A stretch of 64,000 nucleotides of DNA from the human T2T-CHM13v2.0 reference genome, Homo sapiens. The notes beneath the pieces were generated by a model. It did no database searches. It saw only the letters and a program-made list of their open reading frames with translations, and had not been told where the DNA came from. The position numbers and the translations under genes were made by a program. The first letter of the stretch is position 1. Each line of letters begins with the position of its first letter. Shown here in pieces: positions 55,437 to 64,000 of this stretch. The stretch is from assembly GCF_009914755.1 (NCBI RefSeq), contig NC_060934.1, one strand, 5' to 3'.

Positions 55437-57124
55437 AAAGTGCTAGGAAGAAAGGAGGGTTATAACAGCAGGCACTATTTCTTGAGCCCTGCCATGTGCC
55501 AGCACATGTCAAAGCTCCTTACATATTTCTCTCATTTGATCCCTGGAAAAGCCTTTTGAGATTCTTATTTTCTCTATGTTACAAATGAGAAAGACGACTT
55601 AGCGAGTTTAAGAAACTTGTGTGAAGTCACATTGCTAAAAAGGACAGAGGACAAAGCACACAACACACACAGTCTGTCTGACCCAAAGCAAACACTTTCT
55701 AATTGATCTCATGCTTTTCATTTACAGGTAAGAGGACATGAATTGCCTTGGAGTTTTACCCTAAAGGTTGTGGATCAGGAAAGGTCCTAAACAAAGCACA
55801 GGGGAATGGCACTAATCTCACCAGTAAGGTGTGTAGCCAAACCAGCTGTTCCCTGTTAAGGTAAGAGGCATCTAACATGAATTAGAGAAACAGAAACAAG
55901 TGCTAATACATTTCTCCAGCCAAAAAATTCTATGAGAAGCAATGGTGAGGTGATGAGCAAGGCGAAAACACAAGTAAAGCTCCACTAACCAGAAAGAGAT
56001 AAGTGGGTTTGAACATTAACAAAGGGCAGAATTGGTGATAAAAAGTATTCAAAAACTTCGAAGATAAACATGCAATTTCAGTAAAGCCAGTGGAGGTGAG
56101 TGCCACAGTTCCACTTGTAAGGTTGCCCTTGGAGGAGGAGGAACCGGAACCTAGAGCCAAGGTCAGGGCTTACCTGGATCACCTATGGAGGTAAGGGGAA
56201 GCAAGCCCTCGGAAGAACCAAAGCCACAATGGAGGAGATGAGGATGTACCACCATCCAAAGTGTGTGTTTGAGAACATCCCTCTTCAGCAGGCTTCACAC
56301 AGGTTACCAGGATAGACACAGGTGCTTATAGATGCTCAGCCAAGACTAACTTAAAAAGCCAGAGTCCATAAAACAGTCCTCAGTGAAATAAGAACACCAT
56401 GCTAAATCTAGTAAGTGTTTACATTTTGCCTTTATGTATTAGTGTTTACCCTTTATGAAATTATGGTAATAGTGGATAGTCATTGTTTGGGTGGCTGTGT
56501 GTGTGTGTGTTTAAAGTCTTCACTTGGCAAATATAAAAGTCAACAACTTTATATTGGTCCTCCAGTTTTACTATTAAAACAAATTGATGGTATATAAAAT
56601 TTTAAAAAACACTGCTTGCTTAAGATCCCATTTGTTTCTCTCTGATATTATTTCAACTATTCACTCAACCCTAGCTCCATCCTCTGTGTATAAATATGCT
56701 CAAATTTCTTCAGATCAAACCAAATCAAACAAAACCTCCCTTAAAACTCTCCTCCCTTCCTCTCTAGGTACACCCAAGCACTTGTTTCTTCTTTATCAAC
56801 CATTCTTTCCTCAACCCACCAGCTGTTGTTTTTTTCCCCCATTTTCCACATTGGCAGTTGAATATTAAACTGTGCAATCGTTTTTCCACCCAAGTAAAGA
56901 TGAATTAAAATTTGTTACTCAATCTCAGTGTTTTCCCTTCTGGTTGAATCACCGTTAAAACGGTCTTGCTTTCTTCCTATTTAATCCCTGTGGGAGGGCA
57001 CAGTATTTCAGCTACATTATGTGTTAAATTGGACTTTGTCAGCTACCTCAGGAATGTAGCCAAGTTTATATGCTTATATATAAGAGAAAAGCTATGTTCC
57101 AAACTGGCTTTCAAATAAATGTTG

Positions 57125-57330
57125 CTGTTAACTTTTTATTTTGACATAATTTGACATAATTTTAATTTGACATAATTAATTTGACATAATTTCAGAATTA
57201 CAGAATTACAGAAACACTGCAAGAATTGTACAAAGAATTCCCATTACCCAGATTCCCCTAGAGTTAATATTTGAGAGTAAGTTGAAAACATGAAGCCATT
57301 TACCCCTGTATAGTCGGGGGTCACAGTTCT

Positions 57331-57388
<58 letters not shown>

Positions 57389-58160
57389 AAATATATATAT
57401 AAAGTATATATATAAAATATATATATAAAGTATATATATAAAATATATATATAAAGTATATATATAAAATATATATATAACATGTATATATATAAAATAT
57501 ATATAAAATATATATATATAAAATATATATATATGAATGGATGAAAGAGAAAGAAGAACGTACAGGGAGGAGGAGAAGAAGGAAAGTAGACATATATTTT
57601 ATGAAATTGGCTTATGGGATTGTGTGTGTTGGCAGGTCGGAAATCCATAGGGCAGCCTAGCAGGCTGGAAAATTAAGGTAAAAGTCAATATTGCAATCTT
57701 GAGTCTGAATTCCATAGAGCAGCAGGCTGGAAATTCAAGCAGGGTTTCTATGTTGCAACTTTGAGGAGAATTCCTTCTTTCGGAAACCTCAGTCTTTGTT
57801 CTTAAAGTCTTCAATTGATTGGATGAAGCCCACTCACATTACGGAGGGCCATCTGCTTTACTCAAAGTCTACTGAGTTAAATGTTAATCACATCTAAAAA
57901 ATACCTTTCCAGCAACATCTATTTTGGTGTTTGACCAAACCACTGGGTGCCGTTAGCCTAGCCACATTGACACATAAAATTGACCATCGCACTTCTACAG
58001 TCCTGCAGTGTATATTTCCTTTAAAAGGACATTCTCTCAATAAGCATAGTAAAATGTGCAAAATCAGAACATTAACATCAATACAGTGCTATCATCTATT
58101 ATGCCAACCTTATTCAGATTTTCACAATAACGTAATTGATAGCCAAAAAAAAAAAACTGG
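57125..58160. mobile_element. Antisense L1M 3' fragment split by an MLT2-like ERVL LTR (57307-57991)
   Basis: CTTCAATTGATTGGATGAAGCCCACTCACATT...TTGACACATAAAATTGACCATCGCA is an MLT2-type end. Confidence 0.7.
57333..57533. repeat. (AT)25 followed by an AT-only minisatellite with ~26-bp period
   Basis: Directly visible; units like TATAAAGTATATATATAAAATATATA. Confidence 0.95.
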
Positions 58161-59823
58161 AGAAAGTTAACAAGAAAAATGTTTAAAATCCAGAAACTGA
58201 TAAATAAATGGAAATTAATTGTGATTACCTTCAATTAATTGTAATCGAAAGTAACTTTAATTAAGAATTGTTAACTTTTTTTTTAAAGCCCCTGATCAAA
58301 GAAATTAAAAGTTGGCAATTTTCTGATGGACTCAGCCATTTTTTTGAAATTTGGTCTTCCAAATCCCAAAGTCTGGTACCTGACTGGAGATTCCATTCTT
58401 TCTCATCTGCTCCGGGAACTTGTTTTTCTGAGTTCTCAAACTCTTCATTTCTACTGACCCCTCTTCTGCTTATAGATATGTTCAGATCTCTTCTATATTC
58501 ACACCAAACAAAATCAAACAAACATTTCTCTCGCTCCAGCATTTCTCTTGGGTTGGCACCCTCGTTCTTCCCATCCGACGCAGATTTCTAGAGACCCACA
58601 TCTGCCTCATTATCCTCCCCACACATTCACCTCTTGATTGTAGTAGACACCATTGTTTCCTTACCCAAATTCAACCTCCTCCCTTTTTCCTTGCTTGAAT
58701 CTCCCCAGTTTTAAGTTCTCGTGCCACGCGCTGATGAAAGTGCACCCAACCCAAACCCAGAGGAGGGGCTAAGGTAGGGGTGAATTTCAATTAGTCTCTA
58801 AACCAAACATTCCAATCCTCTTGCCAGTGATTGGCTTAGAAAGGGGCAAAGTAACCAGTTCTGACCAATGATACGTGAGAGGCAGTCTGCAGGCAACACC
58901 TCTGGGAAAGAGTTGCTTGTTCTCACAATGAGGCTTCTGAAGAGTGTTTTCTGTTTGTGTAAGGAGGTGGTGCTAGAGCTGCTTCAGCCTCTTGCTGCCA
59001 TGAGGACATCTAGCCAAACGCATCTTGATTGATAAAACTCATTGGCACCAGCAGACGTAGTTAACATTTTGCAAGCTAGCAACAAATTACTGGAGAATTA
59101 TATAGTTGTTTCTCTCCCAGAATTCAAGGTAATTAAAAATCTATTCTTAAAAAAGCTTTATTTTTCCATTTTAGAAAATATAATTTACTAATATTATAAA
59201 AGCATTATTTCTTATTCCTTCCTGCTTTTCTTTTCAGCAAATGCACAGTATTTATGTTGTGTTAAATGTCCTGTTGATGGATACCTTGAGAATTTAACAA
59301 CTGAATACTTCATTATGTGTAAAATAAAATCCTAAACCTGACCAATGACTTCTTTAATAGAAGAATCCGGTGACCTCATCTCTTTGTTATCGTATCTGCC
59401 ACATGGCATACAAATTAACTTTTAAATAATAATTCATTCGTGAACTGAAATGTCCTGGAATCCATCAGTTCATAGCAATGCTGTGTTAGCCAGGGCTTGC
59501 AGCCATTCAATTCAATATGAGTTACTTTAATGCAATATCTTTCTAAGGTTCTGTGCACTTTCTTAAGTATGGTCCTTTCAAAAGGCTGCCTGGCATCTTG
59601 GTCTGTGATTTTTCAGCAAGGATAGCGGTAGTATTTTAAACAGAACAGCTTTTAAGATTCAGAAATCATTAGCAGGAAAGTGACTTTAATGAAGTGGTTT
59701 AGTAGTTCTTATTATCAAAGAATGTTGATTTGGACATCCGCCTGGACCACACTTAGGGAAAAAAGAACTGTCAAAATAACAGGCTAGGTGCTTATGATTC
59801 CCTTGGCTTAGAGCTCAGTTTTA

Positions 59824-59838
59824 CCAGTAGATGTCACT
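59824..59838 (+). promoter_or_regulatory. Candidate CTCF site
   Basis: CCAGTAGATGTCACT is one mismatch from the core CCASYAGRKGGCRS. Confidence 0.4.
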
Positions 59839-62451
59839 ATAGTCAGACATTATTTTAAAGCCTCAAAAAGAGAAAGGTAACCTCACCGGAGTTTAAAGGA
59901 TCTGAGGGGGAAAAAAGCAAACAAGTTCTTCTATAGCTAAACATGTGCTCTTCTTTTTTTAAAAAGCACAGTAGGCATTGAATAAATGTTTACTAAGTGA
60001 ACCGACAAATAATCAATGCATATGGAATAGTCCGCCCTGAAATCTTTGTGATTGAGTTATGCTCTGATAGGAATCAGAGGAAGAGCTTTAGAGTCTGCAG
60101 AACAAAAATGATCTCTAAGATGCAAGCAGGCAGGTACAGAAGTAAGCAACTCTGCCCAGAGTCCATTCGTGAGAAGGGACGTGGGGATTTAAGCAACTCA
60201 ACTGTGCAGACTGTTGCGCGCCACCCTACGCCAGGCACTGAGCTAGGGACTACTAGAATCGGAGAGGGAGTCGCGGTACATAGAGCCGATGGCGAAGTAA
60301 AGCAGAGGTCATGTGTTCTGTCCTCCATCCTGGAGTGGGGGAGGTGCAGGTTTTCCTGGCTTCAGAGGTAGATCAAAGTTCTAAAATCAGGGTGAAGGAG
60401 CTGAGAAACAATTCCCATCAGCTCTCCTTCAACACCCTCTTTCCTTTTTTTAAACTGAGGTTTGCCTGCATAAGGCAGAAAGAGATTAGGAAAACAGTTT
60501 GCAAACCTGGCAAATTATTCAGAGGTTTGATATATTGAAGATATATGACAACATGTATTACAGCTATTTTGAGCGCTTATTAACTGGTACATTCTGCACC
60601 AACTCCATTCTCTGATTTAATCCTCCTAAGAGCTCTAAGAGCCAGGAATTTCTATGTTCCTCATTTTTTGAGATGAAGTATCTGAAGAATGAGGGGGAGT
60701 GGGGTTGAGAGGTTAATTTGTCCCGGATCACCCAGTTAATGAGTGGTAGGACCAGGTTCTAACTTAGGCCTGTATGGGGCACTCTGCTGTGTTCCTGCCT
60801 TAGTTCATTATTCCAAGGAAACTGACTCTAGTCAGGGTCTGACTACCAGCAAAATCTAGGATCCATGTTGTTTAAGTTGATTTTGCCCCAATCATTCCTT
60901 TTTAAACTCTTAGTGAACCATTCTTATGAACAGGGCACTCCGTTTTGGACTAGGAGAAGGGGAGTGTAAAGGAAAGACAGTGGGCTGTCCTAAAAGGATT
61001 TATGATTGAGTGGGAGTAGACATGGGGGCATTTGGAGATGGGAGGAGCTTGGACAAGGAAGGTCACCCAGCATCTGCCTTCTCCATACGGCTTAGGAGGG
61101 TTTGGGGAAAGTGGAAAAGATTTGGAACAGCTGCTGTAAGGAATGTGCTAGGTTAAATAATGTGTCTGGAGAAGTGAGGGGTATTTCAAGATCTTTCTTT
61201 CCACACCTCAGAATTAATGGAGCTTATTTTCTCAGATTTTCCAAAATAAAGTTCACCTCTGGCTAGAGCTCAAGCTTGAAGAATTTCAGTACAGAATTTA
61301 ATCTTGTCTCTTGAAAAACTGTCAGCACTTAATTTTTTTAATCATGAAAACAGATAAATGATAACACTGCACTGAGAAGGAGGCTAAAACACTTGCTTGA
61401 CTTGCAGTGTTGATTATCTATCCAATTGGATTTTTCTTAGTGTCAACTTTATTTCTGAAATAAGAAAACAACCAAATGAGAAACATTTTTAAAACCACAA
61501 GTTGAAATCCTAAGACAAACCTAACATTAGGGATGTCTGAATTTGTTAGTATCTTCGAGGCACATGGGTTACATTGCCCTAACCCTCGCATTTTGAACAA
61601 TGTCATCTGCCCACTTTGTGTTTTTTCATAAATATGTAAGTGTTTTCTGGTTGTTTTCATTTCTGCCTCCATTCCACTTTAAATATTTTGTTTAATTATC
61701 ACATTACATTTTATGTTTAGAAATCCTCTCTTAAAGACATTCCGTCTTGCCTGTAGCGAGGGAGGTAAATTTGGTTGAGTGTTAATTACTAATGGAATTT
61801 CTCCAGACTCAAATCTTTCCCCATACACTTTGCCACAGAACAGGTAAAAAATGTTGCTCTGGAGAAATTATAGCATAAATATCTCTAAATCAAGGGCTTA
61901 GTAACAAAGTCCACAACTAGTATAATATTTTTTCAGAGTGGCTGTCAAAAACTGTACAAATTCATTAGTAAAGCCCTACACAAGGGGGAAAACGCCCCCA
62001 AACAGGAAAAATAAATGGCTAATAAATATATGAAAAAATCAACTTTACTGTAAATAAAGATAAATTAATGGAGCAGTGAGTTCTTTTCACTTTAAGTCAG
62101 AGTTTGGTGTTTGTTTTTATAAAAATAACACTTGATATTGGCAAGAGGGTTCAAATTGCCAGACAGCATTGTGGTTGGGAATGTTAAGTTGGTAAAAATT
62201 TTTTGAAAAATTTGCAATACATATCATACCCTGTGGCCCAGTAACTATTTCTAGAAGATTTTTCCTAAGGGAAAAAACCCCTGAAACACAGAAACAAATA
62301 TTTACATAAAGACATTCCCTTTTATAATTTATAATAATAAAAATACAAATAACTATTCCATTTGAGTATATTAGGTTTAAAAAAGCTACCTTCATAGATT
62401 AGAATATTATGCATCTTTTCACAAGTATCTTTATAAAGACAGAAGTAAAGG

Positions 62452-63268
<817 letters not shown>

Positions 63269-63704
63269 CCAAATACAAGTTCTTTTTACAAAGCTTACCA
63301 AATGGAGCCACAAAAAAAGAAGTAAAGAGAAATCGTCATGTTATGATATTAAGTGGAAAAAGCAGGAGAATAAATATATAAATAATATAAAGTATATATC
63401 TACATATATATAATACATGTCCTCACCTCTAAGATGACTAAATGATCTCTGAGGTCCCAAGCATGATTTTATAAAGTGAAGAGAGCAGTTAGATATCTTA
63501 TCAGTGTATTGTCATCACATGTTATCAATGTCTGGAATCTATAAAATGATGCCAGTGACACTTGGTACTAGTATGAGGTCAGATTCCCTAGGAGAGCCCC
63601 AGACAGAGGTTGAGGTGTGTGTGATTTACTGGGCATATGCTCTTCAGGAAAAGCTCATGAGGAAAACAGACCAGGGAGGGGGAAAGAGGCAAGCAAGGAT
63701 GCAC

Positions 63705-63992
63705 TTTTTTAAATTTATGTATGTATTGAGACGGGGTCTCACTTTGTCACCCAGGCTGGAGTGCAGTAGCACAATCTCAGCTCACTGCAACCTCTGCCTT
63801 CAGGGCTCAAGCAATCCTCCCACCTCAGCCTCCTAAGTAGCTGCCACCACACCAGGCTACTTTTTAAATTTTTTGTAGAGATGGGGTTTTGCCATGTTGC
63901 CCAGGTCAGTCTCGAATTCCTGAGCTCAGGTGATCCACCCTCATGGGCCTCCCAAAGTGCTGGGATTACAGGCTTGAGCCACTGCACCTGGC
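63705..63992 (-). mobile_element. AluJ-like element
   Basis: Antisense Alu with a short internal deletion. Confidence 0.85.
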
Positions 63993-64000
63993 AGAGGATG

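Noticed and set aside
57244-57648. Ile/Tyr-rich 134-aa and 90-aa ORFs
   Set aside because: Translation of the (AT)n repeat.
56670-58530. Similarity between ~56670-56740 and ~58460-58530 (AAATCAAACAAA context)
   Set aside because: Short and low-identity; best explained as two decayed copies of the same ancient repeat (L2-like).

Overview
Repeat-rich primate genomic DNA (Alu, L1, MaLR and ERV1 elements), consistent with the human SLC35G1 (TMEM20/POST) locus. One intact protein-coding gene is present: SLC35G1 on the + strand, with 3 coding exons (37109-37286, 41646-41826, 43827-44565; 1098 nt = 365 aa + stop), a CpG-island promoter and a long 3' UTR with tandem poly(A) signals. About 12 kb upstream on the - strand is a RAB11A processed pseudogene (~22182-25071) with a 10-bp TSD. 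It sits in a nested transposon stack: an old L1M host holds the retrocopy (with an ERV1 LTR inside it) and an L1MA3-like element (with two Alus inside it). A complete two-LTR MST (MaLR) element with a perfect 5-bp TSD lies at 3659-6555. The most unusual structure is at 54708-56260: an ERV1 LTR whose 5' end is duplicated around an inverted ~175-bp copy of sequence 1.1 kb downstream, resembling a fossil template-switch event. Other points of interest are an in-frame alternative donor that would delete the SLC35G1 Cys cluster, a NAGNAG acceptor, a likely short L1 3' transduction and a likely Alu-insertion-mediated deletion. I found no evidence for a new multi-gene system. Most short ORFs in the track are repeat-derived noise. 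Repeat subfamily names come from remembered consensus sequences and need RepeatMasker/Dfam confirmation.
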